From assembly GCA_035485275.1 (NCBI GenBank), contig DATHOE010000034.1, forward strand, positions 93,677 through 157,676: a stretch of DNA of 64,000 nucleotides, written 5' to 3'. Position 1 is the stretch's first letter; every line of letters starts with the position of its first letter. This document shows positions 47,109 to 58,472 of this stretch, in pieces. The notes under the pieces were generated by a model that saw only the letters and a program-made list of their open reading frames with translations, did not search any database and was not told the origin of the DNA. Made by a program: the position numbers and the translations under genes. This DNA is from a bacterium. Lineage in GTDB: Bacteria > Oederibacteriota > JAJYGY01 > DAIDJD01.

Positions 47109-48491
47109 TTAAGCCGGCCACCTTTTTGATCCACTCGAAGTCAAAATTTTCCAAATGAACGCGGTGAGTAAAAACAAAAAAAGAGGATAGTAAATACCTG
47201 AGCCATAGAAATATGGCACCGGAATACCAATCATCTCAATGCAAATAACACATATCGTAAAATAAAATTTGAGTCTCTTGTCGGAAAGGCTCAACATATT
47301 CTTCAATACCCACGGCAGCAACGCGATGACCCAGAACAGTCTGATCATCCAGGTGAACGGTGCGCAAAAAAGCGTGATGAGTATTCCGAAGTAATAGAAA
47401 GTCAATGTGGGATCCAGGAAATCCGGAGATGTTCCACGTGCGAAAAAAAAAGTCAGAGCCCACAATAGCAGCGGGGTGAAAATCATAATTAATAGTCTGG
47501 AGATATGTAAACGCGATGCCATTTCTCGGGTGCCTGATCCGTTTGAGTTCTGGTCCATGAGCCCGCTGTCGTCATATATAACTCCATCGATGGTGTTTAT
47601 GGAGTCGGGCCAAGCCCGGGAATATATTTGGATTTCCCTGGAGCTTAACGACTGATTTTCACTCCCCAATTCTTCCGATTGGAAAATACGGCCCAAACGA
47701 TGCATGAAATAATCTTGGTTTACCGAAATGCCGTCCAAAGCGAGGCTGCTTCCAAAAAGCACGGCTACACCTAACAGGAATCCAACTAAAGTTGGACGCC
47801 AGCGCGTTAAGAATATTCCGGGCATGAACAAAAGGGTGTCCAGTTTTAGGAAGGTGGCCACCGCAAGGCAGGCCCCTAATGCGCAATGAGCCCAATTTTC
47901 TTTGAATCGACAGGCCAGAAAAAAACCCATGGTAATGACAAAAAATGTAATTCCGTCGATATTTGCTGCTTCGATCTGGGAGACTGTGGGGTAAAACCAA
48001 AAAGCGGTACCCAATACCGCGAACATCGGAAACAAAAATATGTCCAGCCACACGACATAGGTTGCCGCCGCAATCGACGCGACAATGCATGAAAAAATTA
48101 AAAGCGTCCAAATCAACTTGGCGCGGGCATACCTAAAATAAGTGAAAGGAACAAACAGTCTTGCCGTCAATGGGGGCAATAAAAAACCGCTGTTGGCGAA
48201 CGAGCTATAATCCCAGGTGCGGATGTCTTTCGCCATATTGTTGTCATAGGGAGAATATCCATCCCTCACGGAGAATCCGGTGCTATAGAAATCAAAAAAA
48301 TCACCTTGTGGGCCATGGGCGACTAGATGGCAGGTCCAGCCGGAAATCCAGATAAGTCCGCTCAAAAAATAGAGCATCATTAAGATTTTAAGTTTTCGTG
48401 GCGCTCTTTCCACTGATACTCCCTGTCGCGTATGTTTTTCCTTCCTTAGACCTTGGACCCAGTGCCGGATGCTCGGGTTGGCGTCACGCAT
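47109..48491 (-). CDS. polytopic membrane protein (lower-GC), putative GT-C/DUF2029-like or polymerase
   Basis: 460 aa, many TM helices, Phe/Trp/Tyr-rich; visibly AT-richer than flanking genes; start uncertain. Confidence 0.5.
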   Translation of the reverse strand: MRDANPSIRHWVQGLRKEKHTRQGVSVERAPRKLKILMMLYFLSGLIWISGWTCHLVAHGPQGDFFDFYSTGFSVRDGYSPYDNNMAKDIRTWDYSSFANSGFLLPPLTARLFVPFTYFRYARAKLIWTLLIFSCIVASIAAATYVVWLDIFLFPMFAVLGTAFWFYPTVSQIEAANIDGITFFVITMGFFLACRFKENWAHCALGACLAVATFLKLDTLLFMPGIFLTRWRPTLVGFLLGVAVLFGSSLALDGISVNQDYFMHRLGRIFQSEELGSENQSLSSREIQIYSRAWPDSINTIDGVIYDDSGLMDQNSNGSGTREMASRLHISRLLIMIFTPLLLWALTFFFARGTSPDFLDPTLTFYYFGILITLFCAPFTWMIRLFWVIALLPWVLKNMLSLSDKRLKFYFTICVICIEMIGIPVPYFYGSGIYYPLFLFLLTAFIWKILTSSGSKRWPA

Positions 48492-48725
48492 ACTGTGTTC
48501 TAATTTTTTGATTTTGCGGATGCCTGAAAAACGAGGTGCCGGATTATAATTCCCGCTGCCATAAGAAGCAACGGGCCGGGGCGAAAGGCTGCGGAATGAT
48601 CCCCCGGGCTGGCGCCAATTGGATCGCGTTCCGAATGGATTTGACCCAGCATTTGCTATACACTTTGCGCTTTCAGGAGCCGGTCCGTTAGGGGGACTCG
48701 GCTTACCGTCTAGCCAGGTTGTCGC

Positions 48726-49484
48726 ATGAAGCTTTCAGTGGTCACTGTGGTCCGGAACGACCCGGCGGTGGCGTCCACGGTATCCAGCGTTTTGGCCCAG
48801 AAAGGCCTGGACGTGGAATGCGTCGTCATCGACGGCGCGAGTACGGACGGCACTTTGGCGGCCCTGAAACCCATGCGCCGGCGGATACGCCTTTTCAGCG
48901 AGCCTGACAGCGGCATCTACGACGCCATGAACAAGGGGCTGCATAGGGCGCGAGGTCGGGTGGTGGGCTTCCTGAACGCGGGGGACGTTTTTTTGGGGGA
49001 CCACAATTTGGCGGAGGTTTCCCGGGCTTTCAGCTCGGACAAGGGCCTGGGCGCCTGTTTTTCCGGGCTGGAAATCTCCGATCCCCAAGGGAAGCGGAAG
49101 CGCTGGTGGCCCGCCTCGGAGTACCAGCCCGGGGCCTTTGCCGCAGGGTGGATGCCCAGCCACCCGACTTTTTACGCCCTGCGCCGGCCCCTGCTCGATT
49201 TGGGCGGCTTTGACCTGCGTTACCGTCTGGCAGCGGATTACGACCTGATGCTCAGGGCCTTGGAACAGGCTCAGCTTCGTTCCGTGGCCCTGCCGCTTTG
49301 CCTGGTGCGCATGCGCAGCGGCGGCGCCAGCCAGGCTTCTCTGGGCGCCCTTTGGCGCCACAATAGGGAAGCCTGGTCCGCGGCCACCGCCGCGGGAACC
49401 GTGAGGTGCTCCTTTGGGCGCTTTTTGGCCCGCAAATGGAGCCATAAATGGCGCCAGGTCCTGGATGCGCGGTTTGCGCCCTGA
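48726..49484 (+). CDS. glycosyltransferase family 2
   Basis: LSVVTVVRNDP ... VVIDGASTDGT ... FLNAGD GT-A motifs. Confidence 0.8.
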   Translation: MKLSVVTVVRNDPAVASTVSSVLAQKGLDVECVVIDGASTDGTLAALKPMRRRIRLFSEPDSGIYDAMNKGLHRARGRVVGFLNAGDVFLGDHNLAEVSRAFSSDKGLGACFSGLEISDPQGKRKRWWPASEYQPGAFAAGWMPSHPTFYALRRPLLDLGGFDLRYRLAADYDLMLRALEQAQLRSVALPLCLVRMRSGGASQASLGALWRHNREAWSAATAAGTVRCSFGRFLARKWSHKWRQVLDARFAP

Positions 49485-49551
49485 CGGCGGAATCGCGTTT
49501 TTTGTCCAGTTAAGGCGGCCCTGACAGCCCGTTCAGAACTCAAGGGAAACC

Positions 49552-50607
<1,056 letters not shown>

Positions 50608-50608
50608 G

Positions 50609-52114
50609 GTGGCCCAGCAGGCCCCGGTCACTGGCATGCGCGGCGCGGCGGTCCAGGGCGCGTTCTGGAGCATCGCCTTGGCCGTCGGCAATAAGGCCGT
50701 GACCACAGTGGGGCAGGTCGCGCTGGCTTGGTACCTTTTCCCGCGGGACATGGGGATCGTCGCGATGGCGGCCTCGGTGGTGGCGCTGGCCACTTTCTTC
50801 ACGGCCAGCGGCATCGACGACCTGCTGGTGCAGCGCCACGACTCCTATGAGCAGGACGCAACCCAGGTATTTTGGCTGTCCCTTTGTTTCAATGTCGTCG
50901 CGATGGCGGTCGCCGTGGCCTTGATCCCCTTCGCGGTCCGGCATTTCGGGGACGGGCGGGTGGGCCGCCTGATGCTCATCCAGGCGGCGAGTTGGCCGGT
51001 CTCCACCGTCACGCTGGTGCTCCGCCCGCAATTGGCCAATGTCCTGCGCTTCAAGGCCATCGCCGCGATCCGGCTCGGGGAGGGCGTGGTATTCACCGGC
51101 TGCGCGGTTTTTCTGGCCGCCCAGGGTTGGGGGCCCTACGCGCTCGTGTGGCCGACCCTCTTCTCGGCGATCTTTTCCGCCGCGGCTTTTTGGTGCCTGG
51201 CGGACAGGCCGCCCATGGGCTGGCCCAAGCCGGTTTCCTGGCCGGCCTACATCACCCCCGGCCTTCTGTTGATGGTGGGCAACTTCGTGGGGGTGATGGC
51301 GATCCAGATGCCGAACTTCATCATCGGAAGCCTGATGGACGCCCGCGGGACCGGCCTCTACGCCTGGGGCTACCTGGTGGCATCCCAGGCGATCTTCTTG
51401 CTGGTCCTCAATCTCCGCGGTTTGTTCACGCCGTTGTTTTCAAAACTGAAATCCGAGCCGGAGCGCCTGGCCAAGGCCACCGCGCAGGCCGCGTACGCCA
51501 TCACCGCGGTGGTCGCCCCGATATGCGTCCTGCAGGCGTTTTTCGCCCGTCCCCTGATCGAGACTTTTTTTCCGGCGCGCTGGACGGACGCGGTGCTGGT
51601 GGTGTACTGGCTGAGCCTGGGCTTTTGCGCCCAGCCGGTCGCCTTGATCACGCAGGCCGCCCTGATCGCGAAGGCCAGGTTCGGCCTGGCCTTGAGGCTG
51701 GCCCTGCTGCAGGCCGTCCTGGGGGCCCTGGGGGTGGCCTGGGGATGCCTCAAGAGCGGCATCGAGGGCGCGGCCGTGGGCGCGGCGGTTAGCGCCGTCC
51801 TATGCCTCCCGCTCAACCTGTGGATACTGCGCGGCGAGGTGGGCTGTTCCTGGCTCCGCTTGTTGGACGCGCCCAAAGCCATCCTATTCGGCGCCCTGGC
51901 TTTCCTTCCGTCGTGGGGGATCTTTTGGGCCTTCGGCGGCGCCTACCATTGGTGGTCCAACGCGGCGGAGGGCGTCGCCTACTGCGCGGTCCTGGCCCTG
52001 GTCTACAGGCTTTTCGACCCAGGCATGTTCGATGAACTCTCCGGATTGAGGTCCCTGATGCGGGGCGCCCCGGGGAAGCTTCCAGACCTTTCAAGGGGGG
52101 AGCAGTGCCCCTGA
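50609..52114 (+). CDS. Wzx-like flippase / polysaccharide biosynthesis protein (MOP family), second copy
   Basis: About 500 aa, 12-14 TM helices; GTG start 2 nt after gmd stop. Confidence 0.7.
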   Translation: MAQQAPVTGMRGAAVQGAFWSIALAVGNKAVTTVGQVALAWYLFPRDMGIVAMAASVVALATFFTASGIDDLLVQRHDSYEQDATQVFWLSLCFNVVAMAVAVALIPFAVRHFGDGRVGRLMLIQAASWPVSTVTLVLRPQLANVLRFKAIAAIRLGEGVVFTGCAVFLAAQGWGPYALVWPTLFSAIFSAAAFWCLADRPPMGWPKPVSWPAYITPGLLLMVGNFVGVMAIQMPNFIIGSLMDARGTGLYAWGYLVASQAIFLLVLNLRGLFTPLFSKLKSEPERLAKATAQAAYAITAVVAPICVLQAFFARPLIETFFPARWTDAVLVVYWLSLGFCAQPVALITQAALIAKARFGLALRLALLQAVLGALGVAWGCLKSGIEGAAVGAAVSAVLCLPLNLWILRGEVGCSWLRLLDAPKAILFGALAFLPSWGIFWAFGGAYHWWSNAAEGVAYCAVLALVYRLFDPGMFDELSGLRSLMRGAPGKLPDLSRGEQCP

Positions 52115-53370
52115 GAATATCCGCGGCCCTGCTGTACGCGGTCGCTTTCATGGCCCAATACCATTTTTTGATGGTCCCCCATTTCGGCTATTGGGGCTTC
52201 GGGGACCTCAGCGGCGTCCTGGAGTGCCTTTATCTTCTGCCTTTGATGGTGGCGCCGGCCCTGTGCATGCCCGAGCGGATCGACCGCCCGTCGGCGCTGT
52301 TCGCGTTTTTGAACTACACGATCATCTATGTGCCCGTCTGCGTGCTGCTGTTCCATTCCACGCTGACGTCGATCAGCCTCGCGGACCAATGGGCGATATT
52401 GATCGCCTTGGCCGCCAGCACTGCCTTGCTCTTTGAGGTCCCGCGTTTGCCCTCCATCCCCCTGCGCCGGGGCAGGCTGAGCGGGGGCGCGATTCTGGCT
52501 GCCTGCTGGTGCGTGCTGGGCGCGGTGGTGCTGATGACCCTCGCCGTCAACAGGATCGGGTTCTTCGGGTTCAAGGGGATCGGAGCCGCCAGGGCCGCCT
52601 ACACGGAAAATATCCGCCCTCTGGGCCCCTATTTCGGGTACTTCGACGCCTGGTGCGGCCTGGCGATCATCCCTTTCCTGTTCGTGGTCTGTTTAAGGAA
52701 AGACCGCCGCTGGGGCTGGCTGCTCCTGAGCGCGGTGTGCGTGCTGCTGTTCATGACCTCGGGGCGCAAGACCGCCCTGCTCACGCCCTTGGCGGTTTTG
52801 GGCAGCTATTTCGGGGTGAAGAAGGGTCTCAGGACCCCGGCGCTTTTGTTCGTGTTTTCGGGCCTCTTGCTGGTCCCCTTCGTCTTCGGGGCCCTCGGGC
52901 TCTCGGGCCCCCGCGACCTATACTACAATGTCATCAATTTCAGGATCTTCGCGGTGCCACAGATCCTTATCCCGCAGTATTACAGCTATTACCTGGCCAA
53001 CGGATTCACCCACTTCCGCAGCATCAATGTGGTCAACCGGTTTTTCTTTGGAGGGGCGGCGTTCGAGCAGCCCTGGGCCGCCATCGCCCGCTTCTATTAC
53101 AAGAAAAAATTCACGGCCGATGCCGTGTTCTATGCGACCGACGGCCTGGCGGCCTTGGGCATCGTGGGGATCCCCTGCGTGACCGCGGCTTGCGTTTTGG
53201 TTTTTTGGATCTTTGATTCCCTGCAAAAGGGGCATTCCGCGCTGTTGATGCTCCCCTGCATGATGCCCTTCCTTTTTTCGTTGTTCAACAATTCGCTGTT
53301 TACTACGATGCTCACCGGCGGTGGCTTCGTGCTGATGGCGCTGTTCTATCTGCTTCCGGATACCGCGTGA
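52105..53370 (+). CDS. polytopic membrane protein, putative Wzy-type polymerase
   Basis: 421 aa, about 10 TM helices, follows Wzx-like gene with overlapping start. Confidence 0.5.
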   Translation: MPLRISAALLYAVAFMAQYHFLMVPHFGYWGFGDLSGVLECLYLLPLMVAPALCMPERIDRPSALFAFLNYTIIYVPVCVLLFHSTLTSISLADQWAILIALAASTALLFEVPRLPSIPLRRGRLSGGAILAACWCVLGAVVLMTLAVNRIGFFGFKGIGAARAAYTENIRPLGPYFGYFDAWCGLAIIPFLFVVCLRKDRRWGWLLLSAVCVLLFMTSGRKTALLTPLAVLGSYFGVKKGLRTPALLFVFSGLLLVPFVFGALGLSGPRDLYYNVINFRIFAVPQILIPQYYSYYLANGFTHFRSINVVNRFFFGGAAFEQPWAAIARFYYKKKFTADAVFYATDGLAALGIVGIPCVTAACVLVFWIFDSLQKGHSALLMLPCMMPFLFSLFNNSLFTTMLTGGGFVLMALFYLLPDTA

Positions 53371-53410
53371 AAGCCGCGCCCATCCGTTGTTTTAGGAGTC
53401 CGGGATTCCA

Positions 53411-53983
53411 GTGAAGTCGGCCGTACGGAAATGGTGGGGACGTTGCGCCGCTTTGGCGGTGTGTCTCCTTTTGATGCAAGTGGCCTGGTTCGAGTATGTG
53501 TTCAGTTGCCCGGCCCCCGCGCTCCAGGCGGACATGCTGGCGGTCTATGGCGGGGATCCCCCGCGCTACGCCCTGGGCTGGGCCGTCGAGCGGCAGGGCC
53601 GCTTCAATTTTCTGGTCTTTTCCGACGCCCACGCCGATTTTTTGGCCCAGATGAAGGGCCAATATGGTCCGCCGCGCGCCGCGCGCTTGCTGCTCGAACC
53701 GCGGGCCCGGTCCACCGCCCAGAACGCGCGTTATGTGGCCGTGCTCATCCGCGACCATGGGTGCAGGAGCGTGCTGGTCATCACGTCCTGGTGGCACCTG
53801 CCCAGGGCTCTCTTTTTGACCCACCTTGCGTTGCTGGGCAGCGGCGTGGAAATTTCCGGCCTGGGCTCGGAGCTGCGTCCCTCGGTGGCGTGGAACGATC
53901 GCCGCGTGTGGGAGGAGCTGATCCGGTTCTGGGGCTCGTTGCTGACGTTCACGTCGGACACCCACAACACCTCTTTTCTTTAG
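53411..53983 (+). CDS. DUF218 (YdcF/ElyC/SanA-like) family protein
   Basis: STAQNARYVAVLIRDHGCRSVLVITSWWHLPRA pattern typical of DUF218. Confidence 0.6.
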   Translation: MKSAVRKWWGRCAALAVCLLLMQVAWFEYVFSCPAPALQADMLAVYGGDPPRYALGWAVERQGRFNFLVFSDAHADFLAQMKGQYGPPRAARLLLEPRARSTAQNARYVAVLIRDHGCRSVLVITSWWHLPRALFLTHLALLGSGVEISGLGSELRPSVAWNDRRVWEELIRFWGSLLTFTSDTHNTSFL

Positions 53984-54000
53984 CGTTCCAGGGACAGGGC

Positions 54001-55917
54001 GTGGCCAAAGTGCGTATCTCATTTTTGGGAAAAGGCGGCGCGTTTTGCGCGCTCCTGGTTTTGGCGGCCTGTGTTCAGGCCCACGATTATTTTGTCGCCC
54101 CCTCTGGGATGGACAGCAACCCCGGCACCCTGGACCAGCCCTTCCGGACCCTTGCCTGGGCGGTCCCCTATGTCCGCGCGGGGGATACCCTGTATCTTCG
54201 CGCCGGGGTGTACCGTCAGGCCGTCAGCGTCGAACACGGCGGCACCGCGTCGGCGCCGGCCGTGTTCAGCGCCTACGGGGCGGAAGCCGCGGTTTTAGCG
54301 GGTAGCGATCCCCTTGTCGGAACCTGGAAAAAATACGACGGGAAGATATGGTGCCTGGACGGCGTGTCACGCACCTCGGACCTTTTCGTGGACGGCCAGG
54401 AGATGTCCATAGCCCGATGGCCGACTGCGGGTCCCGGTGCGCCCATGGACCAGGGATGGGCCCTCACCGGCGCCGGAACCAACGCGGCGGTCGTCGCAGA
54501 TCCCCATTTACCGGACCTTCCCCTGGTCGGGGCCCGGGTGCACATCGTCCCCGGCTTGGCCTGGGTCAGCTTCACCCGGTCGATCAAGGAATACGGGCGG
54601 GGAAGGCTCACCCTGTCGAGCCCGGTTTGCGGCGCGACGCCCGCCTATTGCCCCAGGCCCGGAAACCGCTATTTCCTTTACGGGAGCCTGGCCCTCTTGG
54701 GCGGCCCCGGCGAGTGGTACCAGGACCCGGCGACACTGCGGATCTACCTCTGGGCCCCGGACGGCCGCGACCCCGCCGACCACCTGGTTGAGGTGGCGCG
54801 GCGCAAGGCGGTCATCCGGGACGACGGCTATTCCCACGTCGAATTCCGGAATCTGCACACCTTCAGCGGGGGCATCAAGATCAGCCGCTGTGTGGGATGC
54901 AGGGTGATCGGGGTGGACCAGCGTTACGTGCAGCGCTATACGGAGGTGGAGGGATATTCCGCCGAAAATCCCACGAATTCGCTCTACGCCGGAAGCGACT
55001 GCGAATGGGCGGACGGATCCATTGAGGGAAGCAGCGGCGACGGTCTGGCGGTTTCCGGCACGCACCAGCACGTGCACGACATGCTCATCCACGACGTGTG
55101 CCGGGAAGCCAGCTACTCGGGGGCCCTGGCCCTGCTCGGAAGCGGGCAGGTCATCGAGAACAACACCCTCTATGACAGCGGTCGCTATCTCATCAACCTG
55201 GGGACAACCCACGGCGGACGCATCGCCCACAACGACCTGTACAATTCCGGCTTGCTGACGAACGACTCGGGGGCCATCTATTCATATGACACCGACGGCG
55301 CCGGCATGGTCATTGCCTTCAACGACGTGCACCATGCGCCCGGCACCCGCGGTGTCGGGATCTACCTCGACAACGGCGACTCCGACTACGTGGTGCTTCA
55401 CAATCTTGTCCATGACTGCGCCTGGGCCGGGGTCGAATTGAACCTGCCGAGCAACTGCAATGTCGTCTGCAACAACACGCTTTGGAATTGCAAGCATTGG
55501 GTTTGGGCCGACGGCAACATCCATTACCACTCGATGACCGGCACGGTGCTGGCGAACAATGTGGTCAACGGGACCGAATTGCTGGTGAGGGACCGTTTGG
55601 CGCCCGTCCAGGTGCGCAACGCCGCCCTGCTCCAGCCGCCGCAGCTCTTCGCGCCGGGCGGCTTCTCACTGGCCGCGGGCTCCTGGGCCATCGCTTCGGG
55701 GGTTTCGATCCCGCCCTATACCGACGGCGGATGCGGCGCGGCCCCGGACCTGGGGGCCATCAATTACGGCTGCGGCCAGGATTGGAGCGCGGGTTGCGCC
55801 CGCAGGCCGGCGGCCTTCCCGTATCCGGCGCTGGAAATGCTCGGCATGGGTCCGTCCCCGGGCCCGGACCCCCGGACGGAGCACCCTTCGGCCGGCGGAG
55901 CTGCGCCGTGGAACTAG
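54001..55917 (+). CDS. secreted right-handed parallel beta-helix repeat protein (pectate-lyase-like fold; candidate polysaccharide lyase/hydrolase)
   Basis: Signal peptide ISFLGKGGAFCALLVLAACVQA; repetitive NN/ND-rich beta-helix pattern (NNTLYDSG, AHNDLYNSG, AFNDVHHAPG, LHNLVHDC, CNNTLWNC); GTG start 54001 or 54010; upstream part of ORF 53431 is an off-frame artefact. Confidence 0.65.
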   Translation: MAKVRISFLGKGGAFCALLVLAACVQAHDYFVAPSGMDSNPGTLDQPFRTLAWAVPYVRAGDTLYLRAGVYRQAVSVEHGGTASAPAVFSAYGAEAAVLAGSDPLVGTWKKYDGKIWCLDGVSRTSDLFVDGQEMSIARWPTAGPGAPMDQGWALTGAGTNAAVVADPHLPDLPLVGARVHIVPGLAWVSFTRSIKEYGRGRLTLSSPVCGATPAYCPRPGNRYFLYGSLALLGGPGEWYQDPATLRIYLWAPDGRDPADHLVEVARRKAVIRDDGYSHVEFRNLHTFSGGIKISRCVGCRVIGVDQRYVQRYTEVEGYSAENPTNSLYAGSDCEWADGSIEGSSGDGLAVSGTHQHVHDMLIHDVCREASYSGALALLGSGQVIENNTLYDSGRYLINLGTTHGGRIAHNDLYNSGLLTNDSGAIYSYDTDGAGMVIAFNDVHHAPGTRGVGIYLDNGDSDYVVLHNLVHDCAWAGVELNLPSNCNVVCNNTLWNCKHWVWADGNIHYHSMTGTVLANNVVNGTELLVRDRLAPVQVRNAALLQPPQLFAPGGFSLAAGSWAIASGVSIPPYTDGGCGAAPDLGAINYGCGQDWSAGCARRPAAFPYPALEMLGMGPSPGPDPRTEHPSAGGAAPWN

Positions 55918-55940
55918 GGCGTCCGGCAAGGCAGGGGCGG

Positions 55941-57149
55941 GTTTGCCTTCTTTGGCATCGTTTTGGGCCATACCATCACGCCCGCTTGAAGGCCGTCCAG
56001 GCCTTGCGGGACTGCGTCGGGGTCGAGTTCTCCTCCGTTGATCCGACCTACGCCTGGGACAAGGTGGCCGCGAAATCCGGCTCCAAGATGGTGACCTTGT
56101 TTTCCGACAGCTTTTCGCAGGACATCCCGGTCCGGAGGATCGAACGCAGGCTCGGGGAGGTCTTCGCCGCCATCCGCCCCGCGGCGGTCGTCATCCCCGG
56201 TTGGTCCGACCGGGTTCCGCTGGCGGCCCTCGAATGGTGCGTCAGGCAGCGTGTCCCCGCGGTGCTGATGTCGCCGAGCCAGCGGGGCGATGCGCCCCGG
56301 GTCTGGTACAAGGAGTGGCCGAAAAGGCGGATCGTGAGCCTCTTCAGCGCGGCCTTGGTCGGCGGTGCGCCCCAGAAACGCTATTTGACGGAGCTGGGCT
56401 TTCCCGGCGAAAGGGTCTTTTTCGGTTACAACGTCGTCGATAACGCCCATTTCTCCAAAGGGGCGAGGAAGGCGCGCAATTCCGGGGAGGCGCTCCGCAT
56501 GCGGCTGGGGCTTCCAAAGGATTACTTCCTGGTCTCGACCCGCTTTGTTCCGAAAAAAAACCTGGAGAGATTCCTGGCGGCCTACGCCGCCTATACACGG
56601 AAGGTTTCAGGGCGACCCTGGAGCCTAATCCTCCTGGGCGACGGACCCCTGCGGCCCAAGCTGGAAAGCATGGTCGACGCGCTGGGTTTGCGGAATTTTG
56701 TGGGCATGCCTGGCTTCAAACAATACAATGACTTGCCCGTCTATTATGGATTGGCGAAAGCCATGGTGTTGCCGAGCGCGTCTGAGCAGTGGGGCTTGGT
56801 CGTGAATGAGGCCATGGCGGCCGGCCTGCCGGTGCTGGTGTCCGGCGCTTGCGGCTGCGCGGAAGACCTTGTTCGTGACGGGGTGAACGGTTTTTTGCTG
56901 GACCCCTTGGACACGGAGCAAATGGCTGAAGCCCTTCTCAGGACCAGCCGGGCGAAGAAAAAATTGGCCCACATGGGCGCGCTGGGCGCCCGGATCATAG
57001 GGCAGTGGAGTCCGCGGACCTTTGCCGAAGGCCTGTCGCGGGCCTTAGAGTCGGCGCTGAGGGCCCCGTCGGCCGGATTCGGGCCCCTCGACAGGATGAT
57101 TCTCGGCGTGGTCCAGCGCCAGAATCTAAAAGGTTACCGGGATCAATGA
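55941..57149 (+). CDS. glycosyltransferase family 4 (GT-B); start codon unresolved
   Basis: SASEQWGLVVNEAMAAGLPVLVSGACGCAEDLV motif; no canonical start found just upstream of the homologous region. Confidence 0.7.
   Translation, partial: VCLLWHRFGPYHHARLKAVQALRDCVGVEFSSVDPTYAWDKVAAKSGSKMVTLFSDSFSQDIPVRRIERRLGEVFAAIRPAAVVIPGWSDRVPLAALEWCVRQRVPAVLMSPSQRGDAPRVWYKEWPKRRIVSLFSAALVGGAPQKRYLTELGFPGERVFFGYNVVDNAHFSKGARKARNSGEALRMRLGLPKDYFLVSTRFVPKKNLERFLAAYAAYTRKVSGRPWSLILLGDGPLRPKLESMVDALGLRNFVGMPGFKQYNDLPVYYGLAKAMVLPSASEQWGLVVNEAMAAGLPVLVSGACGCAEDLVRDGVNGFLLDPLDTEQMAEALLRTSRAKKKLAHMGALGARIIGQWSPRTFAEGLSRALESALRAPSAGFGPLDRMILGVVQRQNLKGYRDQ
56553..56560 (+). repeat. A8 homopolymeric tract inside GT4 coding sequence
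   Basis: ttccgAAAAAAAAcctgg read directly (encodes PKKNL). Confidence 0.85.
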
Positions 57150-57185
57150 TGTCATTCGGTCAATTAGCGGGCGTCGGGTTGAAAC

Positions 57186-58472
57186 GTGGGTAGGCCGAAA
57201 ATAGGCATCGTCTCCGGAATTCTGAACCCCAGATACGGCGGACCACCGGCGGTGATACGCGGCCACATCCGCGGGCTCGGCTCGCGGGCCGAAGTGAAGG
57301 TCTTCGGCGTGCAGGATCCCGGGGACGAGGCGGAGTTGCGCGGCCTCTATCCGGGATGCGAGCTGTTTCCGAGGGCCTTTCCGAAGCGCTGGTTCAGGGG
57401 CCAGGGCCTGCGCCAGGCTCTGGTCGAGCAGGCGCCGGGCCTGGATCTCCTCCACGCCCACATGCTTTGGGACCACACCGTGTGGGCGACGGCCCACGCC
57501 GCGCGCAGCGCCAAGGTGCCCTTCATCGTTTCGCCCCACGGCAACATTTTGAACGTCGAACCGTGGTGGCCGCCGCACAAGGTCGCCTACCGTGAAATCG
57601 TCCTCAAACCCCTGCTGAAAAATTGCGCCTTCGTGCACGCCCTGAGCGAGCGCGAGGCCGAAGGCTGCCGGCGCTTCGGGGTCGTCTGCCCCATCCGCGT
57701 GATCCCCAACGGCCTGCCGCTGTCCGACTACTCCCTGCGCAGGGATCCGGAGCTGGCGCTGGAGACCTGGCCCGCCCTGAGGGGACGGAGGGTCCTGCTG
57801 TTCATAGGTCGCCTGGCGCCGCTCAAGGGCCTGGACATGCTGTTGAACGCGTGGAGCCGCTGCCTGCACGACCCGAGTTTGCGCGACTGGATTTTGGTGA
57901 TCGCCGGCCACGACTACCGTGGCTACGCCCAGCAGGTCGCGCTCCAGGTGAAGGCGCTGGGTCTGGAGGGAAGCGTGATCCTTCCGGGACCCGTGCTGGG
58001 GGCCCTGAAACAGTCCCTGCTGGGCCATGCCGAGGCCTTCGCCCTGCCCTCCCGCACGGAAGGCTTCAGCGTCGCCCTCCTGGAGGCCCTGTCGGCGTCC
58101 CTGCCCTGCGTGTACACGACCGAATGCCATTTCAGCGACCTGGCCAAGAAGGGCGGGGGCTGGGAGGTCCAGCCCAACGCCGGCGACCTTTCCGAGGCCC
58201 TCGAGCTCGCGTTGCGGCAGACGCCGGAACGCTTGAAGAGCATGGGCGCGGCCGGGAACGCCCTGGGCCGGGCCAAGTACAGCCTTGAACGGGTGGCGGA
58301 CCAGCTGCTGGACATGTATAGGACGGCGCTGGGGCGGCGGGGGCTTCCGCCGCCGCGGAACGCCGGCCTGGCATACCATAAAAACGGGGCCCAAAAAGGG
58401 CGCGGGCCGGCGCAGACGGCCGTGCAATTCAGCTGGCGCAGGACCGGAGGCGGATGGGCTCGTCCGGCCTAG
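57186..58472 (+). CDS. glycosyltransferase family 4 (GT-B)
   Basis: KIGIVSGILNPRYGGPPAV N-terminus; FALPSRTEGFSVALLEALSASLPCV motif; GTG start. Confidence 0.8.
   Translation: MGRPKIGIVSGILNPRYGGPPAVIRGHIRGLGSRAEVKVFGVQDPGDEAELRGLYPGCELFPRAFPKRWFRGQGLRQALVEQAPGLDLLHAHMLWDHTVWATAHAARSAKVPFIVSPHGNILNVEPWWPPHKVAYREIVLKPLLKNCAFVHALSEREAEGCRRFGVVCPIRVIPNGLPLSDYSLRRDPELALETWPALRGRRVLLFIGRLAPLKGLDMLLNAWSRCLHDPSLRDWILVIAGHDYRGYAQQVALQVKALGLEGSVILPGPVLGALKQSLLGHAEAFALPSRTEGFSVALLEALSASLPCVYTTECHFSDLAKKGGGWEVQPNAGDLSEALELALRQTPERLKSMGAAGNALGRAKYSLERVADQLLDMYRTALGRRGLPPPRNAGLAYHKNGAQKGRGPAQTAVQFSWRRTGGGWARPA

Noticed and set aside
53431-54000. Upstream 190 codons of ORF 53431..55917 overlapping the DUF218 gene in another frame
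   Set aside because: This part is Arg/Pro/Gly-rich with no homology, whereas the DUF218 frame has a conserved motif. The beta-helix protein more plausibly starts at GTG 54001/54010 with a signal peptide.
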